Assembly: GCA_023245415.1 (NCBI GenBank) | Contig: JAHFKJ010000004.1 | Coordinates: 2,798 to 66,797 of the forward strand | Direction of reading: 5' to 3' | Origin: Candidatus Gottesmanbacteria bacterium | Lineage (GTDB): Bacteria > Patescibacteriota > Microgenomatia > UBA10105 | DNA length: 64,000 nucleotides | Shown here: in pieces, positions 49,343 through 59,274 of the stretch | Position numbering within the stretch: the stretch's first letter is position 1 | Layout: each line of letters starts with the position of its first letter | Notes under the pieces: generated by a model | The model's database searches: none | What the model was told of the DNA's origin: nothing | The model's input: the letters and a program-made list of their open reading frames with translations, nothing else | Position numbers and translations under genes: made by a program

Positions 49343-50479
49343 ATGAAACCAAAAACCTCAGCAGAACTAGCTGCCGAAATTCCTTTCCAAATTCGGCAAG
49401 ATTTAGAACGAGGCGATAAAATCCTTTTCTATACCCAGGGAAAATTCGGTATGCCCAAATTTCTGGTCATATTATATCTGGTTATCGGCTTATATTGCAC
49501 CATTGGAATTGGTACCATAGCTGCTTTTAACTATCAGGATTTACCTTTGTGGGGAGATCTACTTCTAGTCTTATTTTTCGGTTTCGGACTTGTTTTGCTG
49601 CATGGTGGCATAAGATCTTTTAAGAAACCGCTGTTTGCTATAGGCGAGACACATCTATTTACCATCATCGATGACCAAATCGAAAAAAAGACGTGGCGCA
49701 GTTTCTTGGCTGATTTTGTCGTATCTGGAAAGACTGGCAATTTTACTATCAGCCTAAAACATGATCCTGGATTTTCCTCAAGTGTATTTAGAGATTATCT
49801 CGTTGGTGTCAATATCTCCTTATCTCAAATTGGAATGATCGCCGATAGACTTCTCATGCAGGGAGAAAAATCGGATAACATTCTTTCTGCTTCATCATCA
49901 CCACTAATCCCCACTGAATTACAAAGTGTTGTTGATGGGTCAACCCTGGATTTTGTCGTCTCTGCAAATAAATCCTATCCATCTATTGAAATTTATTTTT
50001 TTGTTTTTATTGGCATTTTAATGAGCAGCTTCTCTGGCATCATTCTTATTGCTTTATTTTCTATAATTCATCAAAAACCGCTAGTTTTATCAATTGTCAT
50101 CGTTTGCTTTATTTTGCCATTCTTGGCCTTTTCTCTAACCATATTAACCTGGGGAATAAAGGAATTTTTCAACTCGAAAATATCTATATATAGCACTATT
50201 CTTGGCATTTATTTCCATAAACCCGGATCTATTCGAATTGTAGGCTGGTCCGAAATGTTCAGCGCGGCAGTTAAAAAGCCATTATTCGGTACATCCTATA
50301 TACTCTTGCGCGGATCATATGAAAATAATGCTGGTAGACTTCAAGGAATACATCATGATTATCTCTACCTCTACCTAAAACCAAATGACCTTCATGTTTT
50401 AGAAAAAATTAAACAGAGAATAGAGGAAAATAAGCACAAAAAAACTTATGTCGTTTCAGATCAAGTATTGGCAGTATAA
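49343..50479 (+). CDS. hypothetical membrane protein
   Basis: 378 aa, multiple TM. Confidence 0.45.
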   Translation: MKPKTSAELAAEIPFQIRQDLERGDKILFYTQGKFGMPKFLVILYLVIGLYCTIGIGTIAAFNYQDLPLWGDLLLVLFFGFGLVLLHGGIRSFKKPLFAIGETHLFTIIDDQIEKKTWRSFLADFVVSGKTGNFTISLKHDPGFSSSVFRDYLVGVNISLSQIGMIADRLLMQGEKSDNILSASSSPLIPTELQSVVDGSTLDFVVSANKSYPSIEIYFFVFIGILMSSFSGIILIALFSIIHQKPLVLSIVIVCFILPFLAFSLTILTWGIKEFFNSKISIYSTILGIYFHKPGSIRIVGWSEMFSAAVKKPLFGTSYILLRGSYENNAGRLQGIHHDYLYLYLKPNDLHVLEKIKQRIEENKHKKTYVVSDQVLAV

Positions 50480-50484
50480 TTAAT

Positions 50485-51093
50485 ATGAAAAACTTTGTTT
50501 GGATTTTCACTATATTTGTAGTCGCCATCGCCATATGCTTTTTTTCCCAAGGTTTTGTCTTTGACTCGTTGACTCCCCAGAACTACCAACTCGGAATAAT
50601 CTTCCTAGCTATTCCTGGATTTTTGCTGGCTGCAGCATTCATAAGTATCCTTGTAGCTTACGTTTGGCTTGCATTTATCAAAAAGACGGTTCACAATCCA
50701 GCCCCTCGGAACAAATTATCAAAACTTTTTGCATTAATCTTCATTTTATTTTTGTCCAGTATTGCAAGTTACGGTGCGTGGAAAGAAATCAAACAATTAT
50801 TCGATCAGCCTACGGAAATTAGCGGCAGCTGCCATTTATCCCGCGTTGAAAGAGTTATCACAGGAAGAAGGCCCGGACTAACTATAGGTAATTCTTCCTC
50901 ATATTTTATCTCCATAGACAACATCAAATACAAATCTTCATTTCCCAGATGGTTCTCTCTTTCTCCCAAACTAAGAGCATGCGAATTTGAAACTGATGGA
51001 TGTCCATGTATTTATCCGCAAATTAAAGCCATCGTTTTACCCCGAAACAAAATTATTTTGAACTATACTCCCGTTCAATATTATTCCAGGTAA
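50485..51093 (+). CDS. hypothetical membrane protein
   Basis: 202 aa, 3 TM. Confidence 0.45.
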   Translation: MKNFVWIFTIFVVAIAICFFSQGFVFDSLTPQNYQLGIIFLAIPGFLLAAAFISILVAYVWLAFIKKTVHNPAPRNKLSKLFALIFILFLSSIASYGAWKEIKQLFDQPTEISGSCHLSRVERVITGRRPGLTIGNSSSYFISIDNIKYKSSFPRWFSLSPKLRACEFETDGCPCIYPQIKAIVLPRNKIILNYTPVQYYSR

Positions 51094-52187
51094 TCTTTCA
51101 ATTTTTTGCTTCTCGTAGGATGTCTGAGCTTCCGCAGAGCTTTAGCTTCAATTTGACGAATGCGTTCGCGGGTGACATTAAATTCTTTGCCCACTTCTTC
51201 GAGTGTTCGCGGGCGACCATTTTCAAGTCCAAATCTTAATATTAAGACACGCTTTTCCCGATCGGTAAGTGTATTGAGCACTTCTTCCATGTGCTCCTTT
51301 AATAACTGACGCGAAGTGGAATCATACGGAGAAGGAGCTGACGTATCCTGGATAAAATCACCCAAATGCGAATCTTCTTCATCACCTACCGGCGTTTCCA
51401 ATGATGTAGGTTCCTGAGAAACTTTGATAATTTCCCGCACTTTCTCTACATCTACTTCCATGACTTTGGCTACTTCTTCCGGTAATGGTTCACGACCCAG
51501 TTCCTGCATGAGTTTACGCGAGGCACGTATAAAACGGTTGATCGTTTCCACCATGTGGACCGGAATACGAATAGTTCTGGCTTGATCGGCAATTGCCCGG
51601 GTGATCGCCTGTCTGATCCACCATGTGGCATAGGTGGAAAATTTGTAGCCTTTGCGCCAGTCATATTTTTCAACTGCACGAATAAGTCCCTGATTGCCTT
51701 CCTGGATTAAATCCAAAAGACTCATCCCCCGACCGATATATTTTTTGGCGATTGAAACTACCAGACGTAAATTCGATTCGATAAGTTTCTTTTTGGCGCG
51801 CATGTCGTTTTTTTCATAGCGCTTGGCCAAATCAACTTCCTGTTCAAAGGTAAGCAGAGGGACGCGTCCAATTTCTTTAAGATACATGCGTACCGGATCT
51901 GAAATTGCTGCATGATCCAATTTCGCGAGCGATTCGAGCTCTTTTTCCAGACTTGCCACACTCTGTGTCAATTCTTTTTCGTCTTCCTGACTGGTCGTTT
52001 CAAATACATCAATTCCCAAATTGATCAGTTTATCAAACAACTGATCCAGTTCTTTGAGATGAATTTCAGGTTTCGGATACACTTCAAGTATCTCATCCTG
52101 GGTCAAAAACCCATTGTCTTTACCTGTTTTGATAAGATCTTTGATCGAGGTGATAGTTTTGGATTTTGTTGTCATAGTTACATACAA
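51081..52187 (-). CDS. rpoD: RNA polymerase sigma-70 factor RpoD
   Basis: Regions 2-4 conserved: [51 protein letters not shown], region 4 [33 protein letters not shown]; start may be Met 52175. Confidence 0.9.
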   Translation of the reverse strand: MYVTMTTKSKTITSIKDLIKTGKDNGFLTQDEILEVYPKPEIHLKELDQLFDKLINLGIDVFETTSQEDEKELTQSVASLEKELESLAKLDHAAISDPVRMYLKEIGRVPLLTFEQEVDLAKRYEKNDMRAKKKLIESNLRLVVSIAKKYIGRGMSLLDLIQEGNQGLIRAVEKYDWRKGYKFSTYATWWIRQAITRAIADQARTIRIPVHMVETINRFIRASRKLMQELGREPLPEEVAKVMEVDVEKVREIIKVSQEPTSLETPVGDEEDSHLGDFIQDTSAPSPYDSTSRQLLKEHMEEVLNTLTDREKRVLILRFGLENGRPRTLEEVGKEFNVTRERIRQIEAKALRKLRHPTRSKKLKDYLE

Positions 52188-52239
52188 AATAAAGGGAAGT
52201 ACCTTTTGTTAGAAGAGTTCCCCTATTTCGTATTATATA

Positions 52240-54003
52240 CTACATGAGTTGTTTTAGGCTAGAAGAGGTAGATTTTAACTCCGCGTTCAATTTCGTCAGC
52301 TTTGCTTCATCTTCCACTCTCTCTGCTTCATGCATATGAGTCGTTAGTTCTTTCATTATCCTGCGCAGATTGCTTTCTTTGATATGCAAAACCGTCTTTT
52401 CAAGTTCTTTTTCCCAATTTTCACGGGTGACATGAGTCAAATCACTTAAATAAGCGCTGTCAAAACCCGAGACCAATTCTTGAGGCAAAGTACTGGCAAA
52501 TTCAGCAATGATAATTTGCTCATGTTCCGACTCATAATCAATCAGCAGAATGCAGACTTTCTTAATGGCTATTTGCGTCAAATCAGACGGATCAATGTGC
52601 TCACATACGCGAACTAACGCTGAAGCCACATTTTCTGCTTGAACTATTAATGCCAGCATATGCTCTTCAAGAATCTGTTCGTGCGACTTCACAACTGGAT
52701 TCTGAACTTGAGTCGTTTTGTGCAATATTGGCTGCCGGAATTTTTTCAGAGCCTCACTCATTTTGTCTTCAGACACTGCAAGTTTAACACTCAATATTTT
52801 TATGTAATGTGCCTGAACGATCGGATTTTCGATTCGAGCAATGACAGGCAATATTTCATCGCTGATGCGTTTTTTGCCATATGGATCGTCGACCGCAAAG
52901 CGCTTACAGGCAGAACTGATCATAAAATCAAAATAGACAATTGCCTCCTGTACGGCCTTTTTCCACATGGAAGCATTTTCCCGGGCAGCTTCATCCGGAT
53001 CTTTACCAACCAGTGTTTCTACGACACGAATTTCAAATCCGGCTTTGTCAGCAATTTCTATTCCACGTCTGGTGGCTGCGTCGCCGGCTACATCCGCGTC
53101 TAGAGCCAAAACTAAACGGTCTGTAAATCGTTTTAGCAAATGAACCTGTGCATCAGTTAAGGCTGAACCTTTGATGGCAACCACATTCGTTACTCCTGAA
53201 TGATATGAAGAAATCAAATCAAATTCTCCTTCCACCACTACGCACGCATTCTGTTTACGGATCATTTCTTTAGTAATATGTATTCCATACAGAGTTTCGC
53301 CTTTGGTATAGAGCGGAGTTTCAGGAGAATTAATATATTTTGCTTCTTTAGGATAAGTTTCAAAAACTCTGCCGGAAAAAGCAATCGTTTCGCTGCGGAT
53401 ATTCTTGATCGGAAACATGATCCGGCTGCGAAAACGATCGTATACGCCAACTCTACCAGAAATTGATAATCCAGATTTAACTAGTTCATCGTTGGTGTAA
53501 CCTTTTTTACGTAAAAAAAGACTTAAGTTATCCCAGGATGTCGGCGCAAAACCGAGTTGAAATGTGGCAATAAGTAAATCAGTTATACCGCGCTGTTTTA
53601 AATACAGACGGGCGCGCTCGCCAACTCTGTGTTTGGTAAGTAAGTAATGATAATATTCCTGAGCCAAATGCTGCATTTCCAATAATTTTTCTTTTAACTC
53701 ACTCGTTGGACTTCCTGCCGGACGACTTTGCAGTTTTACTCCTGTTCTGTCAGCAAGTATTTTTAAGGCTTCGGGAAATTCAAGCCGTTCCATCTCCATT
53801 AGGAAAGTAAAGACGTCGCCTGATTTTTGACACCCAAAACATTTCCAAATATTCCGTTCAGGCGAAACCACAAATGAGGGGGTTTTTTCGCTGTGAAACG
53901 GGCATAAGCCTTTGAAGTTTCTGCCATATCGTTTCAAGGACATCGTTTCCCCGATATAATCAACCACATTCAAGCGTTCTTTTATTTGATCTAATTCATT
54001 CAT
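52240..54003 (-). CDS. dnaG: DNA primase DnaG
   Basis: CHC2 zinc finger CPFHSEKTPSFVVS...WKCFGCQKSGD, RNA polymerase domain, Toprim EGEFD; dnaG-rpoD synteny. Confidence 0.9.
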   Translation of the reverse strand: MNELDQIKERLNVVDYIGETMSLKRYGRNFKGLCPFHSEKTPSFVVSPERNIWKCFGCQKSGDVFTFLMEMERLEFPEALKILADRTGVKLQSRPAGSPTSELKEKLLEMQHLAQEYYHYLLTKHRVGERARLYLKQRGITDLLIATFQLGFAPTSWDNLSLFLRKKGYTNDELVKSGLSISGRVGVYDRFRSRIMFPIKNIRSETIAFSGRVFETYPKEAKYINSPETPLYTKGETLYGIHITKEMIRKQNACVVVEGEFDLISSYHSGVTNVVAIKGSALTDAQVHLLKRFTDRLVLALDADVAGDAATRRGIEIADKAGFEIRVVETLVGKDPDEAARENASMWKKAVQEAIVYFDFMISSACKRFAVDDPYGKKRISDEILPVIARIENPIVQAHYIKILSVKLAVSEDKMSEALKKFRQPILHKTTQVQNPVVKSHEQILEEHMLALIVQAENVASALVRVCEHIDPSDLTQIAIKKVCILLIDYESEHEQIIIAEFASTLPQELVSGFDSAYLSDLTHVTRENWEKELEKTVLHIKESNLRRIMKELTTHMHEAERVEDEAKLTKLNAELKSTSSSLKQLM

Positions 54004-54066
54004 ATGGCTAAATATGCAGGCTAATTGTAGTGTGAGTCCAAATGAATCACAAGCTAAGGTATTGAT

Positions 54067-55728
54067 CTAAAGTGAAGGGATAATTTTCTTTTTTTGGAGT
54101 TCAACGATTTGAAAATCCGGATCGTTGTTGGGATAGTAGATAGTCTTCAGAGTTCTGATAAATCGCAAGTTTTGGGGCAAAAGTGAATCCTGGGTAAATC
54201 TTCCATCAGCCACATACACAAAACGGTCAGGCAACTCATCTGTGAGATTCTTAATATCTGAAATAAAATGCCATTTGCCGATGCGATTCACATGCACCCA
54301 ATTCTGTTCGCCTGTCGGTCGATCGACATCTATGCCCTGTTGGTAAGCACGCGGATCAGAACGCATATAAAAAAGGTAGTATATATATAGTTGTTCAAAA
54401 CTCAAAGCTTGAGGTGCCACCACTATCGCTTCATAAGAACTTTCGAGCGATCGAAGACTACTGTATACATCCCGAAATCCATAAAATGCGAGAGGGCTTT
54501 GGACATAGGGAAAATACGCCGTATAGTCGACCCAAAATCGAGCTACTAAAACTGCTATAACTGTGATATATCCGGCATTCAATAATTTTAACCTTTGCCA
54601 TGAAAAAAGCCAGACGAGTCCAACTGCGCTAAAAATGTAAGGCAGCGGCAAAAGAGTCAACATTCGCCAAATATGGCCGCTGCTGGCAAGACTACCGGGA
54701 ATCCCATACAAAATTGTCCACAACAGTAGTATTCGGGGAAACTTGTGTGCATAGACAAGTTTGACAATCCCAATGACGATAAGCGGCAATTCAAAAATAT
54801 AGAGTAAACCCCAATTGTCAGGCATGCCGGATAAACCCAATTTGGATCCATTGACAAATAATGTCGGAGTCGAAAAATGTTCGCTGTAATTGCGGGCGAT
54901 TTCATAAACGCGCTCGCTGAATTTATTGTATGTAATCCGGCAAACTATCTTCGGATACACAGTCTCACAGGCACCCCGATGTTCATTGATCCGATTGACA
55001 AAACCGATCCGATCGACTGCTGTTGCCTGACGAAATCGTATGAAAAGCGCCGGATCAAAAAAATATACCGACAGGCCAATTAATTGAATGGCCATAAACA
55101 CCGCTGTCATTTTCTTGTTTTTGAAGATTTCCCTGCGGCAAACGACACATAATCCAAAGATAAAAAAAACGGTAAAAACTACATAGTTAAAATAAGTAAA
55201 ATAGGTCAAGGAAAAACATATACCTGAAACAACTAATAATTTCGGCTTTTGTAATGAAGTTAAGAAAAAATAAATACCAAATATAAACAAGGTCACGCCC
55301 CAATTGACATCTACACCATACCTTCCGAGACAGACATGCCAGGGCGATATGGCTAATAAAAATGCAGCAGTCAGGGCAATTCTTTTATGGTTAAACAACT
55401 TTTGCGCAACAAGATATGTTCCATAAACCGCTACTATACCGGCAATTGCAAAAGGAAACCGAACTGCAAATTCGGTCAGACCAAAAATTGCGATCGACGG
55501 GACGATAAGATATGAGCCGAGTGCCAGTTTGTACCCGCCGGTTTCACGGAAAATAAGCGGCAACGCAACTCCCCATTCATCCCGACCGGTTTTGAGAATC
55601 GAGTAAGCATTCCAACCGCTGCTGACTTCTTCAGGAATGAAGCCGTTGGGGATCTGACCCAAATTCCACAAGCGCAAGAATGCGGCCAAAATAAGAATAC
55701 TTAAGAGCCAGAAATTAAATTTATTCAC
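54067..55728 (-). CDS. GT39/GT83-type (PMT/ArnT-like) membrane glycosyltransferase
   Basis: 553 aa, ~12 TM; the N-terminal loop after TM1 carries acidic residues (IPEE, TGRDEWGV) as in PMT_2 family. Confidence 0.65.
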   Translation of the reverse strand: MNKFNFWLLSILILAAFLRLWNLGQIPNGFIPEEVSSGWNAYSILKTGRDEWGVALPLIFRETGGYKLALGSYLIVPSIAIFGLTEFAVRFPFAIAGIVAVYGTYLVAQKLFNHKRIALTAAFLLAISPWHVCLGRYGVDVNWGVTLFIFGIYFFLTSLQKPKLLVVSGICFSLTYFTYFNYVVFTVFFIFGLCVVCRREIFKNKKMTAVFMAIQLIGLSVYFFDPALFIRFRQATAVDRIGFVNRINEHRGACETVYPKIVCRITYNKFSERVYEIARNYSEHFSTPTLFVNGSKLGLSGMPDNWGLLYIFELPLIVIGIVKLVYAHKFPRILLLWTILYGIPGSLASSGHIWRMLTLLPLPYIFSAVGLVWLFSWQRLKLLNAGYITVIAVLVARFWVDYTAYFPYVQSPLAFYGFRDVYSSLRSLESSYEAIVVAPQALSFEQLYIYYLFYMRSDPRAYQQGIDVDRPTGEQNWVHVNRIGKWHFISDIKNLTDELPDRFVYVADGRFTQDSLLPQNLRFIRTLKTIYYPNNDPDFQIVELQKKKIIPSL

Positions 55729-55769
55729 ATCAATGAAATTTTTTTATCCAGGATCCTAAAATCTGCTAC

Positions 55770-56450
55770 TTACGAATACAATTCTTTTATTAAATTAAAT
55801 ATAAATTTCACCCCCATAACAGTTTTTAATTTTGACTGACCCCAACCCCTGGCTTTTTCGCGGCTGGGAATTTCAACCAGTGAAAAGCCTTTTTTTAAAC
55901 ATTTCACTACCATTTCCTGCTCAATCCCAAAATCATTTGCTGTTAGTCCCATTTTTAGTGCACTGCTTTTGCGTACACTGCGAAAACTATACAATACATC
56001 GGATAATTTCGTCCCGAAGCGTTTATTTACCAAATATGCTAAAAAGTCTGATCCGCCGGAACGCAAAATTCCCGCAAAATCCATATTTAAATCATAACTG
56101 CCACCCAGTCTCCGGGACCCGATCACCATGTCTGCTTTGCCTGATTTGATTGGGGCGATAAAACGGGGAATGTCACGCGATTCATGCGACCCATCAGCAT
56201 CAAATAAAACCACAACATCATACTGAGCTTTTTCTATACCCAGACGCACACCGTCACCTCTGCCTTTACCATGGTCTAAAGAGTACGCGACTCGTTGCTT
56301 TTCACAAATTGAGCGCGTGTTGTCTGTAGAATGTCCATCTATCACCATCACCTCATCTGCATAGGGTCTCACTTGATTTAGAATTTGTGCCAATCCTTCG
56401 CCTTCGTTTTTTGTCGGGATTACGACAGTCACACCATTTTTTTTCACCAT
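55770..56450 (-). CDS. GT2 family glycosyltransferase (polyprenol-phosphate sugar synthase / DPM1-like)
   Basis: VVIPTKNEGEGLAQIL...VMVIDGHSTDNT...VVLFDADGSH (DxD) motifs. Confidence 0.8.
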   Translation of the reverse strand: MVKKNGVTVVIPTKNEGEGLAQILNQVRPYADEVMVIDGHSTDNTRSICEKQRVAYSLDHGKGRGDGVRLGIEKAQYDVVVLFDADGSHESRDIPRFIAPIKSGKADMVIGSRRLGGSYDLNMDFAGILRSGGSDFLAYLVNKRFGTKLSDVLYSFRSVRKSSALKMGLTANDFGIEQEMVVKCLKKGFSLVEIPSREKARGWGQSKLKTVMGVKFIFNLIKELYS

Positions 56451-56506
56451 AAAGTTTTCCCATTATAGCATTCTCAACTACCAACCTCATGTTATAATCG
56501 GTACTT

Positions 56507-57712
56507 ATGCCGTATAAACCAAAAACACAAATAGGTGTCGGAGATGTAGATATCTCTCCACTGGCATATCGTTATATCAAAGAAATTTTGGATACCCGGC
56601 GCATCACCTACGGCAAATTTATTTCCCAATTTGAACGCGAAACTGCCCGAATTCACAAGATAAAATTTGCCATTTTTTGCAACAGCGGTACAAGTGCACT
56701 GCAAGTCGCTCTGCACGCGCTTAAAAAAAACTTTGGCTGGCAAGACGGCGATGAAGTGATTGTACCGGCGCTTACATTTGTCGCGACGGTCAATATTGTT
56801 TTGCAGAATAATCTAACTCCGGTATTTGTCGACGTCGAACCGGATTATTTTATGCTGGATGTGGAAAAGTTGGCCGCTGTAATCACGCCAAAAACGCGCT
56901 GCATCATCCCCGTGCATATCGGCGGCCAGCCGGCGGATATGGATCCGATTTTGAAATTAGCGAGAATTCATGGGCTAAAAATAATAGAAGATTCCTGCGA
57001 AACCATGTTTGCCAAATATTTGGGAAAACCGGTGGGTTCCTGGGGGGATTTTTCCTGTTTTTCGACATATGCAGCCCACACACTTGTAACTGGCGTGGGT
57101 GGATTTATTTGCACGAGCGATCAGGGATTGGCGATCAAAGCTAAAAGTCTCGTCAATCATGGACGCGACGGAATTTATTTGCATATCGATGATGATAAAA
57201 ATAAAAAAAATCAGCATCTTTTCAAAATTGTCGATCGCCGGTTCCGTTTCGAAGATGTCGGTTATAGTTATCGGGCCACGGAGTTTGAAGGTGCTCTGGG
57301 ATTGGCGCAAATAAAAAATTGGAAAAAAATTGTTTCCAAAAGACAGTTAAATGCTAAGTATTTAAGTCAGGGACTTAAAGGTCTGCAGCAATTTCTGCAG
57401 CTACCTCAGATCCGCACTAATTCAGAACATATTTTTATGTTTTTCCCATTGGTGATGAAAAATGATCGCATCAAACGATCAAAGCTGATTTATTTTTTGG
57501 AAAAAAATTTAATTGAGACCCGCTATTTATTGCCGTTATTGAACCAACCAGTCTATAAAAAAATTTTTGGGGATATAGAAAACAAATATCCGATTGCAAA
57601 AATGCTGGCGCGTCGGGGTTTTTATATCGGCTGCCAACCTAGTTTGACTAAGAAGCAACTTGACTATGTTATAGCTACATTCCACGCTTTTTTTGCCAAG
57701 TATCAAAATTGA
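56507..57712 (+). CDS. DegT/DnrJ/EryC1/StrS-family PLP/PMP-dependent sugar-modifying enzyme; active-site Lys apparently replaced by His (ColD/E1-like 3-dehydratase candidate)
   Basis: Family-wide conservation; segment GDFSCFSTYAAHTLVTGVGG aligns to ArnB GTAIFSFHAIKNITCAEGG, placing H where the Schiff-base K normally sits. Confidence 0.8.
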   Translation: MPYKPKTQIGVGDVDISPLAYRYIKEILDTRRITYGKFISQFERETARIHKIKFAIFCNSGTSALQVALHALKKNFGWQDGDEVIVPALTFVATVNIVLQNNLTPVFVDVEPDYFMLDVEKLAAVITPKTRCIIPVHIGGQPADMDPILKLARIHGLKIIEDSCETMFAKYLGKPVGSWGDFSCFSTYAAHTLVTGVGGFICTSDQGLAIKAKSLVNHGRDGIYLHIDDDKNKKNQHLFKIVDRRFRFEDVGYSYRATEFEGALGLAQIKNWKKIVSKRQLNAKYLSQGLKGLQQFLQLPQIRTNSEHIFMFFPLVMKNDRIKRSKLIYFLEKNLIETRYLLPLLNQPVYKKIFGDIENKYPIAKMLARRGFYIGCQPSLTKKQLDYVIATFHAFFAKYQN

Positions 57713-57719
57713 CCTGAAT

Positions 57720-58244
57720 TTACGAATATACTTGAGGATGAAGAAATGTAGCCAGAGCAAAAGCCACTCCATGCACCATGCCAGATGTACGCGTTACCAC
57801 ACCTTTTGTCATCAGACCAAACATCCCAATGCTTTCACCAATTTTTTCGGTGCCAAATAAATGATCAATTGCCTGTTCTAATGTTTCACCTTGATGAATA
57901 CGCTTGATCACTTGGTCCGGTAATACCAACCCGCCAGATGCACCAACTCCAATCTTTCCCAGTTTATTTATAATCACGACAAGCGAATGTTCAAACCAGC
58001 CAAATTCATGTTGGTGCAACCCACCTTCAATACCGACACCAAAATCCGCATATTTAATCTGATTAATCCCTCCCCGGGCCCGGTTTAAGGCTCCCCGGTA
58101 AGTTTCAATTTCCGTCAGCGGCTGCTCACTCACTCCGGAACTTACCTGAATTCCCGTAACTTTAAGCACGGGAAAATGTTTGCGAAACACAAATCTCACG
58201 GCATTGATTTTGGTTTTATTCGTCGAACCCACTGCAACTAACAT
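57720..58244 (-). CDS. inosine/xanthosine triphosphatase, YjjX (DUF84) family
   Basis: MLVAVGSTNKTKINAV...SGVSEQPLTEIETYRGALNRA pattern; start Met 58244. Confidence 0.65.
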   Translation of the reverse strand: MLVAVGSTNKTKINAVRFVFRKHFPVLKVTGIQVSSGVSEQPLTEIETYRGALNRARGGINQIKYADFGVGIEGGLHQHEFGWFEHSLVVIINKLGKIGVGASGGLVLPDQVIKRIHQGETLEQAIDHLFGTEKIGESIGMFGLMTKGVVTRTSGMVHGVAFALATFLHPQVYS

Positions 58245-58329
58245 AAATTTAAAACTCCCCAACTACAGAAATCCCAAATCGTAAAAAAAGTGAATTTTAT
58301 TAAATTAGTCTGGTGTTTTCTAATCCATG

Positions 58330-59124
58330 TTATTCTACTAACTTAAGTAATTCACCATGTAAATTTTCCGCGGCGGCGATTGAAGTAAAATTACGGGAGT
58401 AATTTTGGGGTGTAGAGGTAAAATCAAGCTGCTGGCCCTGGATATCCGTATACTTCCCACCGGCTTCCCCAACCAAGAGAAATGGCGCGGCATTGTCCCA
58501 GATTTTAGAGGTTTGGTTTAAGTAAGCGCCAAATTTTCCTGTTGCGACTGCGCAATAATCAAAAACGCTGTTGGTGGTGCGGAGATTGCGCGTATGTCTA
58601 ACTAACCGGTTAATCAATTTTACTTCCTGCTCGGTTTTTCCTTGTTCATCTGTAAAATCAATTCCGTAACTGACTAAAACGTTGGTTAAATTATTTTCTG
58701 TTGTCACGTGGATTGGCTGATGATTACAAAATGCGCCTTTCCCTTTTTCCGCTAAATAAAGCTCGTCCTGGATCGACAAATATATTCCCGCGCATTCTGG
58801 GTGCCAATTTTTAAGTTGAGCTATCATCACCCCAAACCAAGGTAGACCAGCGGCAAAATTAGAACTGCCATCAAGTGGATCTATGATCCAAACCGTATCG
58901 TTTGACTTACTTTGAAACCCGCTTTCTTCGGCAATAATCGAATCATTTGGAAAATGTTTTTCAATTTGGCCAATAATAAAATACTCACTTTCCCAATCAA
59001 CCTGGGTCATGATGTTACTCTGGTTTTCTTTGACTTCAATTTCTCTAATATTATGAAAACCGTGGCGAACTATCTTTCCAGCTTGTTTAAGAGTTTGTGA
59101 AATAAAATCGATTGGCAATATCAT
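58330..59124 (-). CDS. inositol monophosphatase family protein (SuhB-like)
   Basis: WIIDPLDGSSNF metal-binding motif and WDNAAPFLLVGEAGG C-terminal motif. Confidence 0.8.
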   Translation of the reverse strand: MILPIDFISQTLKQAGKIVRHGFHNIREIEVKENQSNIMTQVDWESEYFIIGQIEKHFPNDSIIAEESGFQSKSNDTVWIIDPLDGSSNFAAGLPWFGVMIAQLKNWHPECAGIYLSIQDELYLAEKGKGAFCNHQPIHVTTENNLTNVLVSYGIDFTDEQGKTEQEVKLINRLVRHTRNLRTTNSVFDYCAVATGKFGAYLNQTSKIWDNAAPFLLVGEAGGKYTDIQGQQLDFTSTPQNYSRNFTSIAAAENLHGELLKLVE

Positions 59125-59274
59125 TTAATTCTTAAATTATAAATCTTTTGAGATTTACTGACCCGACCAACGCCAACATATTACCGGCAATTGAATTTGA
59201 TTATCAAGATCCGGACTAGACGATTTATCTATTCATTTAGAAATTTATAGTTTATACTAAATTTATTAGTCATT

